Virus record (IMG/VR): IMGVR_UViG_3300043486_000003
Coordinates: 1-48,673 of that record
DNA from: a virus
Reading direction: 5' to 3' (one strand)
Length of the DNA: 48,673 nt
Shown: positions 8,905 to 15,972 of the stretch, in pieces
Layout: every line of letters begins with the position of its first letter
How positions within the stretch are numbered: the first letter of the stretch is position 1
Translations under genes and position numbers: made by a program
The notes under the pieces: generated by a model
The model's input: the letters and a program-made list of their open reading frames with translations, nothing else
What the model was told of the DNA's origin: nothing
Database searches by the model: none

Positions 8905-8958
8905 CCCCTGATCGTAGGAAACTTTTTACAAGATCTTTAGGAAACCCTCAGATTTAGC

Positions 8959-8988
8959 TTGCACGTGTACACGACTTGTGAGTATACT
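8959..8988 (+). promoter_or_regulatory. rightward early promoter TTGCAC-N18-TATACT with embedded CGTGTACACG
   Basis: The -35 element lies at 8959-8964, the palindrome at 8964-8973 and the -10 element at 8983-8988. The ATG at 8995 is only 6 nt past the -10 element, which implies a leaderless mRNA. Confidence 0.6.
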
Positions 8989-8994
8989 AGAGCT

Positions 8995-9174
8995 ATGGAT
9001 GAGATCAAGATGATGGACACCAAGGGAAAGTTGTACCTGGTGTCAACGCAAGAGTACCCGGTATCAGACCTGGTAACTCTTCACCTTTGCCGGAAGTACA
9101 TCAAGAGCCGGGACAAGTTTTCTGGTGAGGCCTACCTCCGGAACACCCGTGAATGGACCATAATTGAAGACTAG
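8995..9174 (+). CDS. hypothetical protein (59 aa), paralog of 9255..9440
   Basis: MDEIKMMDTKGKLYLVS...KSRDKFSGEAY aligns with the next gene (EVKMMDTNGKLHMVS...ASKGKFSGNVG). The start is chosen from the promoter geometry. Confidence 0.6.
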   Translation: MDEIKMMDTKGKLYLVSTQEYPVSDLVTLHLCRKYIKSRDKFSGEAYLRNTREWTIIED

Positions 9175-9179
9175 GAAAA

Positions 9180-9210
9180 GGGGCCAAGAAATTGGTCCCT
9201 TTTTCTTTTG
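9180..9210 (+). terminator. rho-independent terminator
   Basis: The stem is GGGCCAA/TTGGTCCC with a GAAA loop, followed by TTTTTCTTTT. Confidence 0.6.
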
Positions 9211-9218
9211 GTAATGAC

Positions 9219-9248
9219 TTGCACGTGTACCCGCATATGTGTCATACT
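9219..9248 (+). promoter_or_regulatory. early promoter TTGCAC-N18-CATACT (palindrome variant CGTGTACCCG)
   Basis: The -35 element lies at 9219-9224 and the -10 element at 9243-9248. The ATG at 9255 is 6 nt downstream, so the geometry is leaderless. Confidence 0.6.
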
Positions 9249-9254
9249 AGAGAC

Positions 9255-9440
9255 ATGAACACGACAGATGCTCAGGAAGTCAAGATGATGGACACCAACG
9301 GTAAGCTCCACATGGTGTCTCTAGTCCAGAGCCGTTCTGGTCAGTTCAATCACTGCTCTCGCAAGTGGATTGCCTCTAAGGGCAAGTTTTCCGGAAACGT
9401 TGGTCAGGTCGACATCACAGGATGGGTGGTTGTGAAATGA
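9255..9440 (+). CDS. hypothetical protein (61 aa), paralog of 8995..9174
   Basis: It is the internal ATG of tracked ORF 9192..9440. The evidence is its similarity to the upstream gene. Confidence 0.6.
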   Translation: MNTTDAQEVKMMDTNGKLHMVSLVQSRSGQFNHCSRKWIASKGKFSGNVGQVDITGWVVVK

Positions 9441-9604
9441 AGTACACAGCGGCAGAGCTGGCAGACCTTCACAGGATTATCGAGACTCTGGTCGGGCAGC
9501 CTGGGCACAAGGTGGCCGATGCGTTAACAGGTCACATGCATGGTGACGAGTGCCCGATGTGGAACGGGCAGTACATGTATAGTCCGGCGCATTGCCCAGG
9601 GTAA
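9437..9604 (+). CDS. hypothetical Cys/His-containing protein (55 aa)
   Basis: It has an ATGA overlap with the upstream gene and reads MKYTAAELADLHRII...GDECPMWNG...HCPG. Confidence 0.6.
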   Translation: MKYTAAELADLHRIIETLVGQPGHKVADALTGHMHGDECPMWNGQYMYSPAHCPG

Positions 9605-9636
9605 GTAACTCAGAAGTTAAAAATTACACCGAAAAA

Positions 9637-9666
9637 GAGACCGAGAAATCGGTCCCTTTTTCTTTT
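9637..9666 (+). terminator. rho-independent terminator (second copy of the 9180 cassette)
   Basis: The stem is GAGACCGA/TCGGTCCC with a GAAA loop, followed by TTTTTCTTTT. Confidence 0.6.
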
Positions 9667-9675
9667 GGTAATGAC

Positions 9676-9706
9676 TTGCACGTGTACACGGTTTCTGCTT
9701 TAATAG
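9676..9706 (+). promoter_or_regulatory. early promoter TTGCAC-N18/19-TAATAG with CGTGTACACG
   Basis: The -35 element lies at 9676-9681 and the palindrome at 9681-9690. The -10 candidate lies at 9700-9706. Confidence 0.55.
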
Positions 9707-9745
9707 AACCAGAAGCAAGAAACCCGCCGACAACAGGAGCTGGAA

Positions 9746-10036
9746 ATGCTAAACATCGACAATGAAGTCAAAATCCTTACCGCGTTCCGTACCGAAGGGA
9801 CTGAGGTAAAGATTCTTGGATCGGTTCCGGTAGCCACGGCCGGAGATCTAGCTGAGGCAAAGGACTTCATCACCGAGATCATTCGGGCCGACATGATCCT
9901 TAACACCAAGGTAGAGCAGAAAGGTGATTGGGAAGACTTGGTTGATTTCGAGACCAAAGAATTCCAAGCCAGTTTCGTAGAGACCAGCGACTCAGAAGTC
10001 TTTTACGAAATCCAGATCAGCTCACTACTCGGCTAA
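9746..10036 (+). CDS. hypothetical acidic protein (96 aa)
   Basis: This tracked ORF has CGCCGACAACAGGAG 6 nt upstream of its ATG. Confidence 0.65.
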   Translation: MLNIDNEVKILTAFRTEGTEVKILGSVPVATAGDLAEAKDFITEIIRADMILNTKVEQKGDWEDLVDFETKEFQASFVETSDSEVFYEIQISSLLG

Positions 10037-10050
10037 GAAAGCGCTTAAAA

Positions 10051-10072
10051 GGGAGTCAGGAAACTGACTCCC
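10051..10072 (+). terminator. hairpin (possible weak terminator)
   Basis: The stem is GGGAGTCAG/CTGACTCCC with a GAAA loop. No T-tract follows. Confidence 0.4.
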
Positions 10073-10150
10073 TCAGTCGCAGCAGCTAGCCTCTCGGTTA
10101 TCTGGACGCTATGGGTAAACCTTGCAGCAGCTCAGCACACTCCGGCTGGG

Positions 10151-10474
10151 GTGATCGTTGCACTGGTTCCCCCGGTAGCCGCACTGATCCTGGTAGCGCT
10201 TGCAGACCATGACCTGACCGAGGTTGCTCCAGCCAAGCCAGTCCGCAAGCCTCGGGTGGTCGCCACCGTGACGGATATCCCCCGGAAGCAGATTGCAGCG
10301 GCCAACGAAACGACTGGACAGAAGGTCACGGAGAAGGTTGCCAGCAAGACGGAGCTTGGACTTCGGTGGGCCAAGGCTCAGCCAACCACCCCTTCGGTCA
10401 AGGCCATCATGGAAGGTGCTCAGATCGGAGAGACCACAGCTCGGAGGGTCCGGAACGAGCTACTCGGCAAGTAG
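10151..10474 (+). CDS. hypothetical protein with hydrophobic N-terminus and C-terminal HTH-like segment
   Basis: This tracked ORF starts at GTG. IVALVPPVAALILVALA is hydrophobic, and SVKAIMEGAQIGETTARRVRNELLG is HTH-like. The start is uncertain because the frame stays open back to 10049. Confidence 0.5.
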   Translation: MIVALVPPVAALILVALADHDLTEVAPAKPVRKPRVVATVTDIPRKQIAAANETTGQKVTEKVASKTELGLRWAKAQPTTPSVKAIMEGAQIGETTARRVRNELLGK

Positions 10475-10481
10475 CGGGAAG

Positions 10482-10509
10482 CTCCCCCGAAAGGGGGAGT
10501 TTTCTTTTG
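10482..10509 (+). terminator. rho-independent terminator
   Basis: The stem is CTCCCCC/GGGGGAG with a GAAA loop, followed by TTTTCTTTT. Confidence 0.8.
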
Positions 10510-10518
10510 TCCGGAAAG

Positions 10519-10547
10519 TTGACACGATGTGGAAGATACGCTAGCCT
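10519..10547 (+). promoter_or_regulatory. promoter TTGACA-N17-TAGCCT with conserved spacer CGATGTGGAAGATACGC
   Basis: The -35 element lies at 10519-10524 and the -10 element at 10542-10547. It is a near copy of the - strand promoter at 8600-8628. Confidence 0.55.
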
Positions 10548-10594
10548 AAGGTACAGTAGAAAAGAAACTACCCGCCGACACAGGAGAAATGACC

Positions 10595-10798
10595 ATGAAT
10601 CCCAGAGCCCTAAAGGATGAAGCGTTTCGTGCAGTTTCCGAAAACGCGAAGGGAGACACCGCGTACTCGTTCGCTTTCGGATACCTGGCTGATGCTGTAA
10701 GGCAGGGGGGTACGTACATGGAAATGCGAGCTGTGGTCCTCGGACTTGAGCGCGGGATCGATTGGGTGAACGAAAACGACCTAAGGAAGACTGTCTAA
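10595..10798 (+). CDS. hypothetical protein (67 aa), paralog of 10798..11004
   Basis: The second ATG of tracked ORF 10589 lies 8 nt after GGAG. AYSFAFGYLADAVRQGG...EMRAVVLGLERGIDWVNE aligns with the next gene. Confidence 0.65.
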   Translation: MNPRALKDEAFRAVSENAKGDTAYSFAFGYLADAVRQGGTYMEMRAVVLGLERGIDWVNENDLRKTV

Positions 10799-11004
10799 TG
10801 ACTCGGTTATTTGATATTGAAGAGGAAGCGTACTACGCCGTGTTCTCACGAGGTACGACCGACGGTAGCTACGCGTTTGCCCTCGACTACTTACGAGGCG
10901 CAATTGACAAAGGTATGGAGCTTTCAGAGCTGCGAGCTATGAGTCGTGGAATTGGCCGAGGACTGGACGCTCTTAATGAAATGGAAGACACTGGAAATGT
11001 CTAA
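10798..11004 (+). CDS. hypothetical protein (68 aa), paralog of 10595..10798
   Basis: It has a TAATG overlap with the upstream gene. SYAFALDYLRGAIDKGM...ELRAMSRGIGRGLDALNE matches its neighbour. Confidence 0.65.
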   Translation: MTRLFDIEEEAYYAVFSRGTTDGSYAFALDYLRGAIDKGMELSELRAMSRGIGRGLDALNEMEDTGNV

Positions 11005-11212
11005 AGATCTCTCCGCTATTGGGATGGCCATACGACTTGGCATTACCTCTTTGATGGTTCCAGGCGCTAGGGGTTTGATAGCTAAGGCTATTGCTTATGA
11101 AGAGTTTCAGGCTAAGCTACACGCTCTAGAGCTATCCCCTGAAACTACAGAAGATGAATTGTACCTGTATCTCAGATACGGAAAACTACCTAAGGACGCC
11201 GACAATGGCTAG
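10997..11212 (+). CDS. hypothetical protein (71 aa)
   Basis: It is the internal ATG (MSKDLSAIG...) of tracked ORF 10946 and overlaps the upstream stop. Confidence 0.55.
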   Translation: MSKDLSAIGMAIRLGITSLMVPGARGLIAKAIAYEEFQAKLHALELSPETTEDELYLYLRYGKLPKDADNG

Positions 11213-11624
11213 GCGTAGAAAGCGAACAGGACGGCGACGCGCACCGGGAGGAGTCTTCTGGCAAATGTTCCGAGCATGGCGACGGAAGCGGCGACGTAAG
11301 CATCAGGCAGCCGTTAGGGCTGCCAAGCGGACTGTGGTGAACCAAGCCAAAATTCAACGGGAGGCTAGGACAACTGCTGGCGAACTTCGCCGCAAGGGGT
11401 TCACGTGGGAGGAGGCTGGTATGCCGGACAAGACAATCATGGAACCGGTGATGGGAGACAAGGGATGGGAGTATCATCCTGTAGCCCCTAGGAAGCCTCA
11501 GACGACCCGTAGACGGACCAACCACGCAAACGTGTGCGGAGCACCTACCAAAGACGGAAGCGCCTGCCAGCGGCTTGGAGAGTGCCCAATCCCATCCCAT
11601 AAACGACACAGGAAAGCGTCATGA
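11205..11624 (+). CDS. very basic protein with C-terminal Cys/His cluster (possible nucleic-acid binding)
   Basis: It begins MARRRKRTGRRR and includes WRRKRRRKH. The C-terminus reads CGAPTKDGSACQRLGECPIPSH. It is the internal ATG of tracked ORF 11154. Confidence 0.55.
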   Translation: MARRRKRTGRRRAPGGVFWQMFRAWRRKRRRKHQAAVRAAKRTVVNQAKIQREARTTAGELRRKGFTWEEAGMPDKTIMEPVMGDKGWEYHPVAPRKPQTTRRRTNHANVCGAPTKDGSACQRLGECPIPSHKRHRKAS

Positions 11625-11794
11625 TTGATTATGCTGCCTTACTAGAAAAGTACATGGTACTTATTTTACAAGAACAAGGAGTTACATTTCTGGAGTATTC
11701 ATATAGCGACACCTTGTTCACACAAGAGGAGCTCACTGAATTACTAAAAATCCATGATTCAATACGGGATCATTATAAGGATATTGCGCTATGA
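11621..11794 (+). CDS. hypothetical protein (57 aa), A+T-rich gene
   Basis: It is absent from the track. It has ATGA overlaps at both ends and reads MIDYAALLEKYMVLILQEQG.... Confidence 0.5.
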   Translation: MIDYAALLEKYMVLILQEQGVTFLEYSYSDTLFTQEELTELLKIHDSIRDHYKDIAL

Positions 11795-12033
11795 CTGATT
11801 ATACTATCCTGTTTTTCTGGGACGAAGATACATGCTTTTGTCCAGCGCAGCGTGGTGGGGGAAAGCACCTGAAAAGAGATCATGATTCCGATTGCCTGGG
11901 GCAGACTGTAGATGGCCCCCCGTGTGGGGGATGCTACCGATGCATCGCGGAACAGGTCATGTATTACGAGTACCTGGACCGGGTACATGCACAGGAGGAA
12001 GTAGAGCAGTCGGCACGCCAAGCAACAGAATAG
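11791..12033 (+). CDS. hypothetical Cys-rich protein (80 aa)
   Basis: This tracked ORF is translationally coupled to the upstream gene. It contains CFCP...CLGQ...CGGCYRC. Confidence 0.55.
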   Translation: MTDYTILFFWDEDTCFCPAQRGGGKHLKRDHDSDCLGQTVDGPPCGGCYRCIAEQVMYYEYLDRVHAQEEVEQSARQATE

Positions 12034-12042
12034 CTAGGACTG

Positions 12043-12070
12043 TTGCGTGTACACGGATCTGTGCTAGGAT
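12043..12070 (+). promoter_or_regulatory. promoter TTGCGT-N16-TAGGAT with embedded CGTGTACACG
   Basis: The -35 element lies at 12043-12048, the palindrome at 12046-12055 and the -10 element at 12065-12070. Confidence 0.5.
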
Positions 12071-12112
12071 GCTCCTAGAAGTTAAAAATTCCACCGACAG
12101 AGAGGCAAGATC

Positions 12113-12310
12113 ATGGCAACTAAGTTCGGAATCAAAGACATGATCAATGCACTAGAATCCGACGGATATGAACTTGACGACATGACCCGTCAAGAAGTCG
12201 TTGAACTCTACAATGAGGTTGCTGGATTCGGTGATCCGATGGGCCAGCCGGTTATCCCAGACTATTCCGAAGGCTACTGGCCGAGTGAGTTGCCAAGCTA
12301 CGGATCTTAA
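12113..12310 (+). CDS. small acidic protein (65 aa)
   Basis: This tracked ORF has CCACCGACAGAGAGG 7 nt upstream of its ATG. It is strongly acidic. Confidence 0.65.
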   Translation: MATKFGIKDMINALESDGYELDDMTRQEVVELYNEVAGFGDPMGQPVIPDYSEGYWPSELPSYGS

Positions 12311-12323
12311 CCTCAACACAGAG

Positions 12324-12353
12324 AATCCCCTGAGGTAGCTGTCTCAGGGGATT
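12324..12353. terminator. bidirectional terminator between the early (+) block and the long (-) block
   Basis: An 11-bp stem AATCCCCTGAG/CTCAGGGGATT is followed by TCTGCTATTTT. Confidence 0.75.
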
Positions 12354-12373
12354 TCTGCTATTTTGGTACTCCC

Positions 12374-12583
12374 TTACGGACGTATAACCTTTCCAGTCAG
12401 TAGCGTACCGGGGAACCGCGTCAACCCTACGGGCCACGCTGATATTTCGAACATAAATTGTGGATCGTCTGCCTCGATGGCGTCCGTCAAGGCAAGCTGA
12501 CTACGCCACTCTTCGATAGCTACGGCGCGTCCGTATTCGTTGTCTATTGGCTCGCCACTAATAAATAGGACGAAGACTTCCAT
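12374..12583 (-). CDS. hypothetical protein (69 aa)
   Basis: This tracked ORF is the last gene of the leftward block. Confidence 0.55.
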   Translation of the reverse strand: MEVFVLFISGEPIDNEYGRAVAIEEWRSQLALTDAIEADDPQFMFEISAWPVGLTRFPGTLLTGKVIRP

Positions 12584-12601
12584 TACAAATCATCCTTTCT
12601 C

Positions 12602-13165
12602 TCAGGCATACACCTGCACGAGCAAGAGTAGGTGCAGAGCAGCAAGGCCAGCCGTCAGACCGGTGAACACCTTAGCGGCCGGATCAACCACCCACGAGCT
12701 GTCTCCGCTCTCACTGGCGCCTCCGGTCTTCCACCCGAGGCCGATCGGCTGACCCATCACCAGAATCCGGCCGTAGATCATGTCTCCGAACAAATGACTC
12801 GTCCAGCCGAGAGAGGGACCGAATACCACTTGTGCAAAAGCACTAGGTACACCATGAAGGGTAAGGAAGACGTAAGGCAGAATGCCGGTGATCAGGAGTA
12901 AGGTGTTGGCAAACCAGAACCGATGAGTCCAACCACGATGAAACTTCCAATCGTAATTCTGTCGCGGCGGACCTGGTGCCCACAAGTGATCGATGTCGGG
13001 GGAGCTTTTTCCGGCAGAAAATGGTGTCGCCGTTATTGCCAGACCCAAGACTGTACCCAGGTTGATCGGGATTCCATGGCCAGCTCGACTAGCGAGAGCA
13101 TCAACCAATAAGGTCCCACCAACAATAAAAGCACCACAGAATGCCCGGTGCGTGACTCGCATCAT
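12602..13165 (-). CDS. YdjM/DUF457-like membrane-bound metal-dependent hydrolase
   Basis: SPDIDH...HRGWTH...SHLFGDM fits the YdjM pattern, and there are several hydrophobic segments. I start it at MMRVTHRAF (13165); the tracked GTG at 13210 is also possible. Confidence 0.5.
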   Translation of the reverse strand: MMRVTHRAFCGAFIVGGTLLVDALASRAGHGIPINLGTVLGLAITATPFSAGKSSPDIDHLWAPGPPRQNYDWKFHRGWTHRFWFANTLLLITGILPYVFLTLHGVPSAFAQVVFGPSLGWTSHLFGDMIYGRILVMGQPIGLGWKTGGASESGDSSWVVDPAAKVFTGLTAGLAALHLLLLVQVYA

Positions 13166-13292
13166 TTCTAATCCCGATGCATGTAGTAGGTTTTTCCACA
13201 GACCTGACACACCTGAACACTCTCGGACATGTGCCAGAATGTGTACCTAGAACACGTGATACACCAATCTCGGATATTGGCAACCACGATAC

Positions 13293-13523
13293 TCATAGCC
13301 GGACACTCCAGACTTGACCCTGTGAATCCATATGGTGTAGATACCTAGTTTCAGACTTCAACCAAAAGAATCTGCGCCACCAAGAAGCTTTATGGTGAAT
13401 CACTAGCTCCGCTTCATTGTATTTGGTGTATTGCACTTCTACCTCAGGATGCCAGCTCAGCTCTATCTCAAGCTCACGCATCATGTGCCACTCCAACGCG
13501 AGCTGGATTTCGTCCTTATTCAT
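13293..13523 (-). CDS. hypothetical protein (76 aa)
   Basis: The internal ATG (MNKDEIQLALEWH...) overlaps the stop of the translocase gene by 8 nt. Confidence 0.55.
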   Translation of the reverse strand: MNKDEIQLALEWHMMRELEIELSWHPEVEVQYTKYNEAELVIHHKASWWRRFFWLKSETRYLHHMDSQGQVWSVRL

Positions 13524-15462
13524 CGTTTTCACTCTCTCCTGAATCCTCTGTCGCATCCGTCGCACGCCCCCGCTGGTGCGTGTCTTTACGCTGGTCAGAC
13601 ACCCTCGCGGCCATGCCCTCAGGTCCGCCGTGCGCCTCTGCCGCAGGTCCGCCGTGTGCTGCCGCTGCGACAGGTCGCGACACCCTTGCGACGGCCTCCA
13701 AGTCAGACCTGAGGTACCCCCGAACCTCTGTCTTGCCCCGGTAAAACCGGCGTGGCCGGACCCCCAGAGGCGCGAGCGAGGCTGCCAGCTTGATCGCCGT
13801 CACTGCTTTGTGCCTCCGCTGCTGGAGTAGAGAGATCAGCACAACAGTCTCTAGCCTGTCTTCACCCAGCTCACCAAGAATCTCTAGAAGGGTCCTGACG
13901 GGCTCTGGGTATACCTGCACGGACCCTTGAGGTTCCACGGAGGGACCATCTACGGCACGCAAGGAAGCCGCATACTGTGCAACTTTGGCTAGATCATCGG
14001 TCGAGACCATGTGCCCCCGGAATTGGCCATGTCCGATGGCTATGCCGACACCCTTCTGAGTTGGGTCCAGCCAGTCAGCGCGATTGGCCGAACCAGCCTT
14101 TCCAAGAATCGCCATCGAGCCCGGTTGGTCAGAGATGTAGAAGGCGAATCGGAACACGATCAAAGCCTTAATAGCTGGTCGTACTGATTTTATGGAAGGT
14201 CGCTGCGTTGCGAGTCCAGCAAATACACCGTACTTAGGCCCGGATCTGATAAGCCATTGAAGATCGTCTAGGAAAGCGTTTACTAAACTGCCGTATTCGG
14301 ACATTAAATCTTCAGTGATTACAGCAAGTTCATCAATAATCAACCACTCTGTACTGAGTCCGTGTTTAAGAGCCAGTTTCTCAGAGAGCTTGGAGACACC
14401 TTCCTTAAACAGGATAGCCTTACGATGACTAATTTCTTTTTTCAGTTCCCTAATTAATTCGTGGGCTACCCCCAGTACGTCTATGTCCTCCATGTCCGGC
14501 CCACCGACATAGCTTTTGGCTACCGGCTTGACAGCTGCGTAGTCAACAGCCGAGCCGTCTACGACATGAATATTAGCTGTAGGGTCAAGCATGAGATAGA
14601 TCAGTAAGCTGGACAGGAACATGGATTTACCCGAGCGGGGGGCGCCACCACCTAGTAATCCTCCCCCGTCCCCTTCCTCTACGAGCTGGCGGAGAAGCGG
14701 GGTGTAGTCCGGCTTGGTGCCGAGGTTGGCTGGCTCGGCCCATAGGCTGAATTGACGAGGATGTTTCACCAATGGATGAACAGTCGGCTTCTGTGCCCAT
14801 GGATCGTCATTCAGCACCAGGATACGAACACAGGACGCGTCTCCCGGAACCTCATACACGAACACGCAGGACTTAGGCTTGTGAAGTTTCTGAGCTACAG
14901 CACGGGGGTTATTGACAAGAGTCATAGGTTTACCATGATGATGCACCCTAACAATTACGTCGTACCCTTTACCCGATGCCAGCGAGACAGGTGGCTTAAC
15001 GATAGATGATGTGAAGCCTTCTTTACGCTGACTAGCAGTTAGAGTTAGATCGTCGACGATAGAGCGAAGGAAAGATTCACCAGCGATCCGTGATGTCTGA
15101 ACTTTGGACATCAAGTTATCTTTACGACCAATGATAACGAATATAATACTATGAGACACGATTAGAATAACTAGAGCATTAAATCCAAGCTTAAGAATAA
15201 AAACTGTGCAGACGGCTATCCATAGAGTCAGTAATGAGAAATAAGCCCAACGACGAGTGATGGTTTCCTGGTGATGTTTGGTTGGATTAGCCTCGCGAAG
15301 TTCTTTCTTCTGTGTCGCGTTAACGAAACGAATAGAAGCAGAAAGGAACCTGTAGATTCCTCTGAAAAAGGCCACGACAATATGAGCTAGGGTCCTGACG
15401 TTTACCGCTGACAGGAAGTACGCCCATCCACGGAAAACCCATGTGTAAACGAAAACCCTCAT
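13516..15462 (-). CDS. membrane-anchored FtsK/SpoIIIE (TraB-like) DNA translocase
   Basis: The N-terminal ~130 aa form 2-4 hydrophobic helices. Walker A is GGGAPRSGKS and Walker B is WLIIDELAV. A C-terminal winged-helix-like segment reads LISLLQQRRHKAVTAIKLAASL...VRGY. I start it at MRVFVY, preceded by CACACCGACAAGAGAG. Confidence 0.8.
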   Translation of the reverse strand: MRVFVYTWVFRGWAYFLSAVNVRTLAHIVVAFFRGIYRFLSASIRFVNATQKKELREANPTKHHQETITRRWAYFSLLTLWIAVCTVFILKLGFNALVILIVSHSIIFVIIGRKDNLMSKVQTSRIAGESFLRSIVDDLTLTASQRKEGFTSSIVKPPVSLASGKGYDVIVRVHHHGKPMTLVNNPRAVAQKLHKPKSCVFVYEVPGDASCVRILVLNDDPWAQKPTVHPLVKHPRQFSLWAEPANLGTKPDYTPLLRQLVEEGDGGGLLGGGAPRSGKSMFLSSLLIYLMLDPTANIHVVDGSAVDYAAVKPVAKSYVGGPDMEDIDVLGVAHELIRELKKEISHRKAILFKEGVSKLSEKLALKHGLSTEWLIIDELAVITEDLMSEYGSLVNAFLDDLQWLIRSGPKYGVFAGLATQRPSIKSVRPAIKALIVFRFAFYISDQPGSMAILGKAGSANRADWLDPTQKGVGIAIGHGQFRGHMVSTDDLAKVAQYAASLRAVDGPSVEPQGSVQVYPEPVRTLLEILGELGEDRLETVVLISLLQQRRHKAVTAIKLAASLAPLGVRPRRFYRGKTEVRGYLRSDLEAVARVSRPVAAAAHGGPAAEAHGGPEGMAARVSDQRKDTHQRGRATDATEDSGESENDE

Positions 15463-15493
15463 TGGTTCGCTCTCTTGTCGGTGTGGAATAAAT

Positions 15494-15808
15494 CTATTTT
15501 TGCCAGTCAATCAATTTTGCTAGTTCTAAACCTAGTGTGTATGCATAGGTACGCCCATAATAAATATTGTTTAATCCGTCTAAATAACCTATAGATTCGG
15601 AATCTGTGTTATAAGCATTAAAGCCAATATCAAGTCTTTCTTCTGCACAAACTCGCGGGTAAGTGCATGTGCAGGGACTACGGCTAAACATTATAGGAAA
15701 TGGACTATCTATACAATTGACTACTTCGTCTAAATCTAAGGTATTCGTTTCCCAAGCTGGAAATAAAGTATCAATGATTGTGTTCAGTTCTTTCTCATAC
15801 CTACTCAT
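15494..15808 (-). CDS. hypothetical protein (104 aa), A+T-rich gene
   Basis: This tracked ORF has CCACCGACAAGTAGGAG upstream of its ATG. Confidence 0.55.
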   Translation of the reverse strand: MSRYEKELNTIIDTLFPAWETNTLDLDEVVNCIDSPFPIMFSRSPCTCTYPRVCAEERLDIGFNAYNTDSESIGYLDGLNNIYYGRTYAYTLGLELAKLIDWQK

Positions 15809-15831
15809 GTCAGCTCCTACTTGTCGGTGGG

Positions 15832-15882
15832 ATAAAACCAGTCGGCCCGGTCCCTGGGTCGAGTCAGAAACCGGGCCGACTG
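15832..15882 (-). terminator. leftward terminator
   Basis: On the - strand, a 12-bp stem CAGTCGGCCCGG/CCGGGCCGACTG with a 20-nt loop is followed by GTTTTAT. Confidence 0.55.
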
Positions 15883-15972
15883 TTCGGGTGACCTGAAAAG
15901 TTTCGTATGACCACGGCCAATCAGCTCACCGTGACGATTCAGGTTCTTACGTAGCTGCCAGCACCCTAGAGA

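Noticed and set aside
8676-8957. A 93-aa + strand ORF.
   Set aside because: It lies antisense to a better-supported 49-aa - strand gene (strong RBS, start-associated motif, promoter) and runs through the divergent promoter region.
11190-11609. A 139-aa - strand ORF opposite the basic protein gene.
   Set aside because: It lies antisense within a uniformly rightward, translationally coupled gene string, and no promoter or RBS is visible.
12113-12310. The small acidic early protein as a DNA-mimic anti-restriction protein.
   Set aside because: Only net acidity supports this idea. I recognised no motif or family, so no functional call is made.
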